Positions 28,736-38,539 are shown, counted from the first letter of the stretch. The stretch is DNA of 64,000 nt from Microgenomates group bacterium (GCA_049303575.1 JBAQNH010000002.1:508541-572540), one strand, 5' to 3'. The notes: a model not told the origin generated them from the letters alone. Program-made: numbers and translations.

Positions 28736-29185
28736 CTAGTTTAATGAACCAATTAATAGCGTTGATAGACTGGCCCTTGCACGAGAATCATGTTTTTCCA
28801 TTTCTTGGAAAGCGGCGGTAGCATCCCTTCCGCAGTATGGAATTATTTCACCGGCTCCACCAGGATGAACGGAAAGAAAATTTGTGACGTTATATACATT
28901 GTTTTTGATGATTATCCAGCAGTCATTTCGGGTGTTGTGTTTGCCAACTTCTGACGCGGAAAATGAATTTACCTTCACACTATTGGTAGGAGTAGCAATT
29001 ACTTTCGTCTCGGTAGGTGTGGCTAAAGGTTCTGTGGGGGTAGTAGTAACCATCGCGATTGTGGGTGTAATTAAAGTCTCGGTAGGAATAGTAAACTGTT
29101 TCCTTACGGGCAAAGAAAATAATAATGCAATCAAAAATACTACCGTTACGGATAAACCAATAATCAGTTCTTTCATTATGTTCAC
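28736..29185 (-). CDS. Membrane-anchored cytochrome b5-like heme-binding domain protein
   Basis: N-terminal TM, T/P-rich linker, b5 core HNTRNDCWIIIKNNVYNVTNFLSVHPGGAGEIIPYCGRDATAAF (HPGG...DAT). Confidence 0.7.
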   Translation of the reverse strand: MNIMKELIIGLSVTVVFLIALLFSLPVRKQFTIPTETLITPTIAMVTTTPTEPLATPTETKVIATPTNSVKVNSFSASEVGKHNTRNDCWIIIKNNVYNVTNFLSVHPGGAGEIIPYCGRDATAAFQEMEKHDSRARASLSTLLIGSLN

Positions 29186-29232
29186 AAAATAATTCTACCT
29201 CAATCAGAAAATAGTGTTAGCATAAAGTTGTC

Positions 29233-30006
29233 ATGAACTATCGAAAAACAAGAAATATTTTTGATCCGGGATCTCCGAATCCCTTTAAATTAAGTCGCTC
29301 CAAAATTGAACTCTTCACCATGTGTCCTCGTTGTTTTTATATGGATGTTCGTTTGGGAATCTCCCGACCGTCAACACCTCCTTACACCCTAAATTCCGCC
29401 GTAGACAATCTTCTCAAAAACGAGTTTGATCTTCTTCGAAAAAGTGGGGAAGCTCACGAGCTCATGAAAAAGTACGACATTGACGCCCTTCCTCTCCAAC
29501 ACAAAGATCTTCCTCAGTGGCGTGGTGAAGTTACCGCTTACGAAGGAGCAATGGCGGTTGATGAAAAATCAAATATCCTAGTCAATGGACTGGTAGATGA
29601 TCTGTGGGTTAACAAAAAGGGTGAACTAATTATTGTCGATTACAAATCAACCAGTACCACCAAAGAAATCTCTCTTGAAGACGAGTACAAACAAAGCTAC
29701 AAACGCCAAATGGAAGTCTACCAATGGATTTTCCGTAAACTCGGTTTTCCTGTTTCCGATACCGGTTACTTTATTTTTGCCAACGCCATGAAAAACCTTC
29801 CCAAATTTGATGGCAAACTTGAGTTTGAAATGACTGTTTTAAGTCACAAAGGTGACGACTCTTGGGTGGAAAAAACTCTTCTGGAGATCAGAAAAACCCT
29901 CGTCAAAAACGATATTCCCAGTCAGGACTCAAGTTGTGAGTACTGCGCCTATCGAAAAGCATCTGTAGAAGTAGTTGGTAAGTGGAAAACTGACCATACG
30001 GGGTAA
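29233..30006 (+). CDS. RecB-family PD-(D/E)XK nuclease (Cas4-like paralog)
   Basis: CPRCFY N-terminal Cys pair, IIVDYKSTS motif III, QMEVYQW QxxxY, C-terminal CEYC. Confidence 0.55.
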   Translation: MNYRKTRNIFDPGSPNPFKLSRSKIELFTMCPRCFYMDVRLGISRPSTPPYTLNSAVDNLLKNEFDLLRKSGEAHELMKKYDIDALPLQHKDLPQWRGEVTAYEGAMAVDEKSNILVNGLVDDLWVNKKGELIIVDYKSTSTTKEISLEDEYKQSYKRQMEVYQWIFRKLGFPVSDTGYFIFANAMKNLPKFDGKLEFEMTVLSHKGDDSWVEKTLLEIRKTLVKNDIPSQDSSCEYCAYRKASVEVVGKWKTDHTG

Positions 30007-30016
30007 AATATACCCA

Positions 30017-31075
30017 ATGAATCTTTCTGATTTTAACTATCACCTTCCGGAAAACTTAATTGGTCAAAAAGCAATTGAACCTCGTGACAGTTGTCGACTT
30101 CTGGTTATCAATCGTCAAACAAAACAAATTACCCACCATATATTTTCGGATCTCACCGAAATCTTGGATAAAAACTGTGTCCTGGTAATAAATGACACCA
30201 AAGTTTTCCCGGCCAGACTTTTTGGAACCAAAGAGACCGGTGGCAAAACCGAAATTCTCTTACTCAAACAAACTTCTTTGGATTCATACTCCGCCATCGG
30301 TAAGGGTAAGCTCAAGGTGGGCACGGTAATTACTTTTTCCAGCGACTTTTCTGGAAAAATTACAGCTGTCGCTGAAGGAGAAATAAACATTAAATTTAAT
30401 AAAAACGGGGTTGCTTTAATTGAAGAGATTGATCGACATGGCAAAACTCCACTTCCTCCTTATATTCATTCAGAAGCAAAAGAGACCGATCTTCGTACCC
30501 AATATCAAACAGTTTATGCCAGAGAAAAGGGGAGTTCTGCCGCTCCTACGGCCGGCTTACATTTCACCGATAATTTATTAAATAAGCTTAGAAGCAAAGG
30601 TATCGAAATAGAAAAGGTAACGCTTCATGTTGGTTTGGGTACTTTTAAACCGGTAACCGACGAGCAAGTCGCCACCAAGACACTTCACTCTGAAACGTTT
30701 TTTCTCTCCGAAGACGTTGCCAATAGACTTAATGAAGCCAAAAAACTAGGTAAAAAGATCATTGCTGTAGGAACCACCTCTTGTCGTTTGCTGGAAACCC
30801 TTTCCGATGAAGAGGGGATTATTCATTCCGGCCAAGGGGAAACTAAGATATTTATTCAGCCCGGTTATCGATTCAAGTTTGTTGATGGCCTTATCACCAA
30901 TTTTCATCTTCCTTCAACCAGTCTTCTCATGCTTGTTTCCGCCCTTACTCTTTCTCCAAATACCTCTGAGAAGTATAAAAATTTCTCAGCCAGTCTAATC
31001 GGTCTAGCCTATCAAGAAGCAATCAAGGAAAAATATAAATTCTTCAGTTTTGGTGATGCTATGCTCGTTCTTTAA
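30017..31075 (+). CDS. queA: S-adenosylmethionine:tRNA ribosyltransferase-isomerase
   Basis: MNLSDFNYHLPENLIGQKAIEPRDSCRLLVI canonical QueA N-terminus. Confidence 0.85.
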   Translation: MNLSDFNYHLPENLIGQKAIEPRDSCRLLVINRQTKQITHHIFSDLTEILDKNCVLVINDTKVFPARLFGTKETGGKTEILLLKQTSLDSYSAIGKGKLKVGTVITFSSDFSGKITAVAEGEINIKFNKNGVALIEEIDRHGKTPLPPYIHSEAKETDLRTQYQTVYAREKGSSAAPTAGLHFTDNLLNKLRSKGIEIEKVTLHVGLGTFKPVTDEQVATKTLHSETFFLSEDVANRLNEAKKLGKKIIAVGTTSCRLLETLSDEEGIIHSGQGETKIFIQPGYRFKFVDGLITNFHLPSTSLLMLVSALTLSPNTSEKYKNFSASLIGLAYQEAIKEKYKFFSFGDAMLVL

Positions 31076-32192
31076 GCTTTATTCTCATCTGTTCCGCCAG
31101 TCTCACCATGAATCTCACATTATGAATCGATGCCAGTCGGTAATATGATAGCTCTTTAGCCTTGTACAAGTGCCTCAAATAGCCTCGTGAGTAGCCATTG
31201 CGGCAGGTATAGCAATCGCATCCATCCATGATTGTGTGGGGGTCGTTAATAAATTTGTTGTTATCGATATTTAATCGACCCTTGGGATACTCACTTTCGA
31301 ATTTGTCACCTCGGATTTCACCGTAATACAAAGAGCCATTTCTAGCCATTCTTGTTGGTGCCACACAATCAAACATATCCACGCCCGCTTTAATGATATC
31401 CACAATGTTTTCCGGATCACGTCCCAGCCCCATGGTATAGATGGGTTTATCTTTTGGTAAAAACTCCCTAATCCACTCCATGATCTCCAAAGTAGCCTCC
31501 ATGTTGTAGCCGATTGTTTCTCCTCCTATGGCAATACCGTCAAAAGGTAGTGAGGCAATATATTTTGTTGCCTCCTCACGTAAATCTCGGAAGGTACTTC
31601 CTTGCACGATACCGAATAAAGCTTGATAAGTTCCTTGGGCACTCTTCTTTTGATTCTCTTCCCATTGCTTAATACATCTGACCGCCCACCTATGAGTTCT
31701 ATCCATTGCTTCTTTGGCATATTTATACTCGGTTTGGTCCGGAGTACACTCATCAAAGGCCATAATAATGTCGGCACCAAGCTCTCTTTGAATATTCATT
31801 GATCTTTCGGGCGTAAATTTATGTACCTCACCATCAAGATGAGACTTAAAGCTGACACCGTCTTCGGAAATCTCGGAAAGTGACTCTGTGTGTGCTCCCA
31901 AACCAAGAGAAAATACTTGAAAACCACCACTGTCTGTTAGCATTGGCTTGTTCCAATTCATAAACTTCTGTACCCCACCCATTTCGTTAACTAGTTTTTC
32001 TCCGGGACGAAGAAATAGGTGGTAAGTGTTGGCTAAAATTATCTCCGCTTTGGTATTTTCAATATCCTCACTATCCAAAGCTTTCACCGAAGCGGCAGTA
32101 CCTACCGGCATAAAAACGGGTGTGTTTACTTCTCCACGATCTGTAGAAAACTTTCCCGAGCCGTCAATATTCTTTTGAAATTTAAACGCCAT
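31059..32192 (-). CDS. tgt: Queuine tRNA-ribosyltransferase
   Basis: VFMPVGTAASVKAL, zinc site CDCYTCRNGYSRGYLRHL; start moved to Met abutting tRNA-Thr. Confidence 0.85.
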   Translation of the reverse strand: MAFKFQKNIDGSGKFSTDRGEVNTPVFMPVGTAASVKALDSEDIENTKAEIILANTYHLFLRPGEKLVNEMGGVQKFMNWNKPMLTDSGGFQVFSLGLGAHTESLSEISEDGVSFKSHLDGEVHKFTPERSMNIQRELGADIIMAFDECTPDQTEYKYAKEAMDRTHRWAVRCIKQWEENQKKSAQGTYQALFGIVQGSTFRDLREEATKYIASLPFDGIAIGGETIGYNMEATLEIMEWIREFLPKDKPIYTMGLGRDPENIVDIIKAGVDMFDCVAPTRMARNGSLYYGEIRGDKFESEYPKGRLNIDNNKFINDPHTIMDGCDCYTCRNGYSRGYLRHLYKAKELSYYRLASIHNVRFMVRLAEQMRIKLKERA

Positions 32193-32267
32193 GGAGCCGA
32201 AGGTGGGACTCGAACCCACTACCTACGGTTTACGATACCGTCGCTCTACCAGCTGAGCTACTTCGGC
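32192..32267 (-). tRNA. tRNA-Thr (anticodon CGT), CCA encoded
   Basis: Manual fold of reverse complement: GCCGAAG/CTTCGGC acceptor, ACGGT/ACCGT anticodon stem, loop ATCGTAA, TTCGAGT T-loop. Confidence 0.8.
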
Positions 32268-32312
32268 GATATCAGTATTTTATATCAACGGGAAACACAA
32301 TCCAAACGAAAT

Positions 32313-32936
32313 CTATTTTTTGATGGCGGGAACAAGTATCTTTGTTCCGGTTAAAATCAGATCGGGATTGCTGAAGATGGCTTTGTTTGCCCAATAGATT
32401 TTGGTCCATTGGAAACCATCTCCGTAGGCACGTACGGCAATACTCCAGTAAGAGTCACCTTTTTGAATGGTGTAATCTCCGACTGCGATTGAGGTCACGG
32501 ACTTGTCTTCAGTTTTTACAATCTCTTTTTTTGTTTCAACAACGGTGATCTTTTTGGCTTCCACTTTAGGAATTCTCAACTCTTGTCCGGCTACGATAAC
32601 TCCCTTACCGGTAATTTTGTTTTCATTCATGATATCGACGTAGTTATAACCAGAACGATAAAACTTCTCGGCAATGTGCCAAAGGTCATCACCTTTGACC
32701 ACTTTGTAGGTCGCAATTAATTTATCATCACCTTTCAAGGTTGTAGCTGCTTCTTGTTCGGACAGTAAGGTTCCTCGCCACAATTTAAGATTCGTGGTAC
32801 GAAAATAGTTAAAAATCAAGCCGGCAATAACCACCACGACAATGCCACCCATCACGGTGCTTATTGTGTTCTCGTTCAGCTTGAAAAATTTCAGGATATT
32901 TTTAATCCTTTTAGATGCATTCTGTCCTTTGCTCAT
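32313..32936 (-). CDS. LysM-domain peptidoglycan-binding protein (2 LysM)
   Basis: N-terminal TM; two LysM-like units (GDDLWHIAEKFY; GDSYWSIAVRAYGDG). Confidence 0.6.
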   Translation of the reverse strand: MSKGQNASKRIKNILKFFKLNENTISTVMGGIVVVVIAGLIFNYFRTTNLKLWRGTLLSEQEAATTLKGDDKLIATYKVVKGDDLWHIAEKFYRSGYNYVDIMNENKITGKGVIVAGQELRIPKVEAKKITVVETKKEIVKTEDKSVTSIAVGDYTIQKGDSYWSIAVRAYGDGFQWTKIYWANKAIFSNPDLILTGTKILVPAIKK

Positions 32937-33024
32937 AACTACATCTTATAGACTCTTTTCGGGTTGTCAATAGGGTATTTTGGATACAAAAACTCTCCAT
33001 ACAAAAGAGAGCTTTTTATATCTG

Positions 33025-33098
33025 CGGGGCTGAAGGGGCTCGAACCCTCGACCTTCCACGTGACAGGCGGACGCTCTAACCAACTGAGCTACAGCCCC
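33025..33098 (-). tRNA. tRNA-Asp (anticodon GTC)
   Basis: Manual fold: GGGGCTG/CAGCCCC acceptor, TCCGC/GTGGA anticodon stem, loop CTGTCAC, TTCGAGC T-loop. Confidence 0.8.
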
Positions 33099-33225
33099 AG
33101 GCTATTTGGCAACAGTCCATATTTTACCAGAATACGGTATAATAGGCTAGTTAAATCATCTTAACGTTTTTACAGAATGATTTCAGAGTGATGATGGCTT
33201 TGAAAGAATCAGAAAGGAGCCAGAA

Positions 33226-33507
33226 ATGGCTGTTCGATTATACGTAGGGAACCTTCCCTATAGTGCTACCCAGCAAAAACTCCAGGAGATTTTTTCTCCC
33301 TTCGGAGCTCTAGGCGAGTGCACAGTTATTTCAGATAAATTCTCCGGCAGGAGTAAAGGATTCGGCTTTGTCGAATTCGAAGACGCAGAAGCTGCAAAAA
33401 CCGCCATCGAAAAGATGAACGGAACTGACCTCGACGGTCGCAACATCATCGTCAACGAAGCTCGTCCCAAAGAGGATCGACCTGCTCGTAGTTTTGGAGG
33501 CCGCTAA
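33226..33507 (+). CDS. RRM-type RNA-binding protein
   Basis: RNP-2 LYVGNL and RNP-1 KGFGFVEF. Confidence 0.8.
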   Translation: MAVRLYVGNLPYSATQQKLQEIFSPFGALGECTVISDKFSGRSKGFGFVEFEDAEAAKTAIEKMNGTDLDGRNIIVNEARPKEDRPARSFGGR

Positions 33508-33531
33508 AATTGCCTTTTAGGTCAATTAAAA

Positions 33532-35295
33532 ATGACCATTAACCAAGAAACCGCCCAACTTCTAAAAAGAGTTGCGGCGGTTTTAAGGGTTAAGGAGGGA
33601 GACACTTTCCGCTACAAAGCCTACATTAATGCTTCTGTAGCTATAGATAACCTTTCGGATTCTATTTTTGAAGTATGGAAAAGGGGAGAGTTAGATACCG
33701 TCCCGGGGCTCGGAGAAAGTTTATCAAGGTATCTGAATGAATATTTTTCTACTGGACATGTTCGACATTTTGAATCACTTTTCAAAAAAGTACCTTCGGG
33801 TATGTTCCCTCTTATGACCATTCGGGGGATAGGTCCAATGACCGCTTACAAAATTTCCAAAAAATTTCACTTAAATAATCCAGAGAAAACTCTTGCCGAA
33901 TTAAAAGAAATATTAATTTCCGGAAAGCTAACTAAAATTGAAGGCTTCAAAGAAAAAACCATTTCCAAAATAAAAAAAGCCCTTGATATCCAATCTTTTG
34001 GTAAAGGCAGACTGCCTTTATACGAAGCCCTACCTGTAGCCGAAGATTTTATTAACTACCTCTTAAAATCAAAGGCTATTTCTAAAGCCGAACCCCTAGG
34101 TAGCTTGAGGAGAAGGCTAGCTACAGTTGGTGACATCGATATCGCTATTTGTTCGAGCAAACCAAAAGAAGCCATGAGTTATGCTCTCTCATATCCACAA
34201 ATTAGTTCGGTAGTCACCACGGGAGATAAAGTCAGTCACGTAAAGATGACCAATGGTCTGGAAGTAGATTTAAAGATTTCTCTTCCAAACTCTTGGGGAA
34301 GTATTCTTCAGCACTATACCGGCGGTAAACTGCATAATATTCATCTCAGAAGTCTCGCCAAAGAAAAAGGCTTATCTCTTTCCGAATATGGAATTACCAA
34401 AAACGGTAAACTGAATAGGTTTACTTCAGAAACCAAGTTTTATCAATTCATTGGGTTGGAATACATTCCTCCCGAAATTCGAGAAAACACAGGTGAGATA
34501 GAGTTGGCAATCAAGCACGAGATTCCAACACTTTTGGATATTAAAGATATCAAGGGAGATTTACATATTCACAGTGATTTTAGTTTTCAAAGCTCTCACG
34601 ATCTGGGTATTAGTCCTCTATCGGAAATTCTAGATATGGCTGTTGCCAATAATTACGAATATATCGGTATTGCAGATCATAACCCCAAGTTTTTAGGATT
34701 ATCCGAAAATCAAAAAATTAACATCATTTCTCAAAGGAAAAAATATCTTTTGTCTCAATATCATACTTATGAAAAGGATGTGAAAAGTAGAGTACCAGAA
34801 TTACTCATTGGTCTGGAAGTAGATATTAGACCGGATGGCAGCCTAGCCCTTTCTGACAAAGCGATGGAGTCACTAGACTATGTTATAGCTTCAATTCACG
34901 GAAGTTTTGATCTCACTGAAGAAGCCAATACCAGAAGAATTCAAAAAGCTCTATCTCATCCTAAAGTAAAAATACTTGGGCATCCTACCAATCGAACCCT
35001 AAATGGTCGCGAGCCAATTTCAGCCAACTGGGAAAAAATCTTTACCTACTGTGCACAAAATAAAAAAGCTATTGAAATAAATGCCTACCCTAACAGATTA
35101 GATCTGCCTGATGATCTCATTAAACAGGCACTGATTAAGAAGGTTAAGCTAATCATCAATACCGACAGTCACGAAGTTAGTCAGATGGAAAACATGAAAT
35201 ATGGAGTCTGGCAAGCTAGGCGTGGTTATGCGCAAAAATCCAACATTGCCAACACTCTTTCCGCCAAAAATTTGCGCCTAGTGCTAGAATTATAA
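33532..35295 (+). CDS. polX: DNA polymerase X family with C-terminal PHP domain
   Basis: HhH N-region, Pol-beta nucleotidyltransferase GSLRRRLATVGDIDIAI, PHP GDLHIHSDFS. Confidence 0.8.
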   Translation: MTINQETAQLLKRVAAVLRVKEGDTFRYKAYINASVAIDNLSDSIFEVWKRGELDTVPGLGESLSRYLNEYFSTGHVRHFESLFKKVPSGMFPLMTIRGIGPMTAYKISKKFHLNNPEKTLAELKEILISGKLTKIEGFKEKTISKIKKALDIQSFGKGRLPLYEALPVAEDFINYLLKSKAISKAEPLGSLRRRLATVGDIDIAICSSKPKEAMSYALSYPQISSVVTTGDKVSHVKMTNGLEVDLKISLPNSWGSILQHYTGGKLHNIHLRSLAKEKGLSLSEYGITKNGKLNRFTSETKFYQFIGLEYIPPEIRENTGEIELAIKHEIPTLLDIKDIKGDLHIHSDFSFQSSHDLGISPLSEILDMAVANNYEYIGIADHNPKFLGLSENQKINIISQRKKYLLSQYHTYEKDVKSRVPELLIGLEVDIRPDGSLALSDKAMESLDYVIASIHGSFDLTEEANTRRIQKALSHPKVKILGHPTNRTLNGREPISANWEKIFTYCAQNKKAIEINAYPNRLDLPDDLIKQALIKKVKLIINTDSHEVSQMENMKYGVWQARRGYAQKSNIANTLSAKNLRLVLEL

Positions 35296-35322
35296 GAGTT
35301 ACCATTTATACATAAAAATAAA

Positions 35323-35907
35323 ATGATCGGTTACATAATTTTCGGAATTTTACTTATCTTGGCTTTCTATGTTGTTTCTCAGTACAACTGGTTTCAAACA
35401 ACCAAAACACGTATTACCGCAGCCATTCAAGATATTGGCAACCAGCTTAAACGTCAAACTAGCCTTATACCAAATCTGGAAAACTCAGCAAAGGGATATT
35501 TAAAACACGAAAAAGGTATTTATGAAGAAATTGTTTCGGCCAGAAAAGCTGTCGAAAAAGCCGCTGGGGGAAAAGACATGTCCAAAATTGAAGCTGCATC
35601 CGACGCCATCAGTAACTTAGTTCCTAAACTTCAGGTATTGGTTGAAAGTAATCCGGAACTTAAAGGTGCTGAGGTAGTTACCAGACTGATGGACGAGCTT
35701 CGTGACACTTCCGACAAACTTATGTATGCCAGAAGGGTCGTCATTGATCTATCTGCCGAGTACAACATCAGAATTGTCACCCTTCCTTCAAACATTATTG
35801 CCGGTATGTTTGGATTTAAAGCCCAAAAGGGAATTGCTACACCTACCGAAGGTGAACACCTTGAAGTGGGCAAGGATGAAATGTCCGATCCCAAAATATC
35901 GATATGA
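35323..35907 (+). CDS. lemA: LemA family protein
   Basis: N-terminal TM; LKRQTSLIPNLENSAKGYLKHEKGIYEE matches LemA core. Confidence 0.7.
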   Translation: MIGYIIFGILLILAFYVVSQYNWFQTTKTRITAAIQDIGNQLKRQTSLIPNLENSAKGYLKHEKGIYEEIVSARKAVEKAAGGKDMSKIEAASDAISNLVPKLQVLVESNPELKGAEVVTRLMDELRDTSDKLMYARRVVIDLSAEYNIRIVTLPSNIIAGMFGFKAQKGIATPTEGEHLEVGKDEMSDPKISI

Positions 35908-36797
35908 CCAGTTACTACAAGTTAGTCGACGCCAACAAGGCGAGAAGTGGCATGGTTATTGCTATCTTTATTGCCTTCATTACGGCAGCTACCTATCTCC
36001 TTAGTTATGCTTTAGGCTTTGATCTTTCTGCCGTAGGTATTGCCCTCATCCTGTCGGGAGCACTTAGTTTTGTGAGTTACTATTTTTCCGACCAAATCAT
36101 TCTTGGTATTTCCGGTGCAGTTCCGGCAAACAAAAGGGACCATTTCGACTTTTACACCGTTGCTGAAAACATTGCCCGCCCAGCCGGTATTCCCATGCCC
36201 AAGTTGTATGTACAAAATGACTCGGCAATGAATGCTTTTGCTACCGGCAGAGATCCGGAACACGCTGTTGTATGTGCTACTACAGGTTTACTTGCAAAGC
36301 TAACTCGTACCGAACTTGAAGGAGTTGTGGCTCACGAAATGAGCCATATTCGAAACTACGATACCCGACTCATGAGTATTGTTACTATTTTAGTTGGTCT
36401 TATTACCCTTCTTGCAGACATTCTATTAAGAACTAATATTCGTGGTAAATCGGATAGAGACAACGGTAATATTGGTGCTTTTTTCATGATTGCCGGATTT
36501 GTTTTGGCTCTTCTTTCACCGATAATTGCAAAATTGATTCAACTAGCAATCTCCAGAAGAAGAGAGTTCCTCGCTGACGCTACGGGAGCTCAAATAACCA
36601 AATATCCTGAAGGTCTCGCTAGTGCTCTGGAAAAACTTTCCGGTGACAAAGAACCTCTAGAAGCTGCCAATAAAGCTACTTCTCACCTCTACATTGTTAA
36701 TCCACTCAAAAATCATCACGACTCAATTGGTTGGTTTGCTAATCTTTTCAATACCCATCCGCCAATTGCCCAAAGAATCAAGGCTCTGAGATCATGA
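35904..36797 (+). CDS. htpX: Zinc metalloprotease HtpX (M48)
   Basis: HEMSHIRNYD HExxH, downstream EFLADATGAQ; 4 TM; ATGA overlap with lemA. Confidence 0.8.
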   Translation: MTSYYKLVDANKARSGMVIAIFIAFITAATYLLSYALGFDLSAVGIALILSGALSFVSYYFSDQIILGISGAVPANKRDHFDFYTVAENIARPAGIPMPKLYVQNDSAMNAFATGRDPEHAVVCATTGLLAKLTRTELEGVVAHEMSHIRNYDTRLMSIVTILVGLITLLADILLRTNIRGKSDRDNGNIGAFFMIAGFVLALLSPIIAKLIQLAISRRREFLADATGAQITKYPEGLASALEKLSGDKEPLEAANKATSHLYIVNPLKNHHDSIGWFANLFNTHPPIAQRIKALRS

Positions 36798-36845
36798 TCA
36801 AAGGGATTTGTATTGGAGGCACAAAATAAGGGATAATAAGAGGTT

Positions 36846-38198
36846 GTGAATCTAAAAATCACTAAGCTTGAGAAACAATACAACCAGCCATTGCTGGACG
36901 ATATTACCCTTAATCACACAGGGAATGGTATTGTCGCGCTTATTGGTGACAACGGATCCGGAAAATCAACTTTGCTTAAAATCTTAGCCGGAATTGAAGA
37001 ACAGGATAGTGGCAAAATTGAATGGGGTGGTAATCCACGAATTGGGTATCTACCTCAGGAAATTGAATCTCTCCCAACACTCTCGGGTGGTCAGAAAAAA
37101 ATTGCCCTACTAGCGGATTTAATATATTCCAATTTATATGACGTTTTACTTCTTGACGAACCAGATAACCACTTGGATATCGAAAATAAAGAATGGATGG
37201 CAAGCGCCATCAGTTCCTTCGATGGCCTGGTGATTCTAATTAGTCACGATCGTCATGTTCTTAAAAAAATTACGACACACACCTGGCTAGTTGAAGATCA
37301 TGAAATTCGCACCTATCCTTTTGGGTATGCAAAATTTGCTACAGAATATGACAAAGAACAAGACGCATTGGAGCATTTGTTTCATGTTCAAGATAAAGAA
37401 CATAAACGTCTCAAAGAACTAGTCGAAAGATTTCGTGCCAAAGCTGCAGGAGGTCCCAAAGTGGCTCGATACTTCCATGCGTTAGAAAAACGTCTTGCTC
37501 GTTTTGAAGCAGAAATGGTCAAAGACCCAAAACAAAGAAATGTTCACATCGAACTAAAAACACAGCTTTCTGGCAAACAAATCAAAAACAAACTCGCCAT
37601 TATGGTGAAGGACTTAAATTTTTCCTATGGAGATAATCAGATTTTTGATAAAGCAGAAATGTACATCGAGGTTGGTGAGAAGGTCGCGCTTGTCTCTGGT
37701 AATGGAACTGGCAAAACAACCTTACTTAAGTTAATCCTTGGTATGTTGAACCCTGAAGAAGGTGTGGCCAAAACCGGTGAAAATTTAAAAGTTGGCTATT
37801 ATTCTCAAGAGCACCTTGAAACATTGCCGGGAGAATCAACACCCATAGACTGTTTTTGTAGTCGTTTTCCTATGGCCGACTACGAGGCTGCTGCGGTCCT
37901 CAGAAAATTCTATTTTACGAAGCAAACCATAAAGTCCAAGGTCTGGACGCTTTCTGGAGGTCAAAAGGCTCGTCTACAGTTAGCCTTGTTCCTTTATACC
38001 AATCCGGATATCCTAATTCTGGATGAGCCAACCAATCACTTGGATCTAAAGTCGGTAGCCGCTCTTGAAGAATTTCTTGTGGACTATCCGGGAACTATTC
38101 TTTTGATTTCTCACGATCATGATCTTCTAAACAACATTTGTGATATCTACTACGAAGTCAAAAACAAGAAGATAAGTCTCAAAACGAGTAATCTATAA
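36846..38198 (+). CDS. ABC-F family ATPase (two ABC domains, no TMD)
   Basis: Walker A GDNGSGKSTLL and GNGTGKTTLL; signatures LSGGQKK and LSGGQKARL; GTG start. Confidence 0.75.
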   Translation: MNLKITKLEKQYNQPLLDDITLNHTGNGIVALIGDNGSGKSTLLKILAGIEEQDSGKIEWGGNPRIGYLPQEIESLPTLSGGQKKIALLADLIYSNLYDVLLLDEPDNHLDIENKEWMASAISSFDGLVILISHDRHVLKKITTHTWLVEDHEIRTYPFGYAKFATEYDKEQDALEHLFHVQDKEHKRLKELVERFRAKAAGGPKVARYFHALEKRLARFEAEMVKDPKQRNVHIELKTQLSGKQIKNKLAIMVKDLNFSYGDNQIFDKAEMYIEVGEKVALVSGNGTGKTTLLKLILGMLNPEEGVAKTGENLKVGYYSQEHLETLPGESTPIDCFCSRFPMADYEAAAVLRKFYFTKQTIKSKVWTLSGGQKARLQLALFLYTNPDILILDEPTNHLDLKSVAALEEFLVDYPGTILLISHDHDLLNNICDIYYEVKNKKISLKTSNL

Positions 38199-38215
38199 AT
38201 TGATACAATAGACGC

Positions 38216-38539
38216 ATGCACACGGTCACGGTTACACCAGACGAAGTCAAGAAAATCGGCAAACTAGCCAATCTTAAACTTCAGGACAACGAAGTAAACC
38301 TTTTTGCCGAACAGTTCACTAAGACTATTGAAGTTGTTAATCACCTTAACGAAATAGACACTACTAATGTTAATGCCACTTATCAGGTCAATGGTTTGTC
38401 TAATGTTACTCGTGCAGACGAAGTCGACATGTCACGAGTTTTACCCCAAGCATCAGCTCTAAGAGAAGCCAAAAAAACTCATCATGGATTTTTTGTTGTG
38501 GAAAGATTAATTGATTCAGACGCCGAAGAACTAATATGA
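38216..38539 (+). CDS. gatC: Asp/Glu-tRNA amidotransferase subunit C
   Basis: ~100 aa, precedes gatA/gatB, DEVKKIGKLANLKL. Confidence 0.8.
   Translation: MHTVTVTPDEVKKIGKLANLKLQDNEVNLFAEQFTKTIEVVNHLNEIDTTNVNATYQVNGLSNVTRADEVDMSRVLPQASALREAKKTHHGFFVVERLIDSDAEELI

Noticed and set aside
32193-32219. First 9 codons of the annotated tgt ORF
   Set aside because: They lie inside tRNA-Thr on the same strand. The start was set to the next Met.
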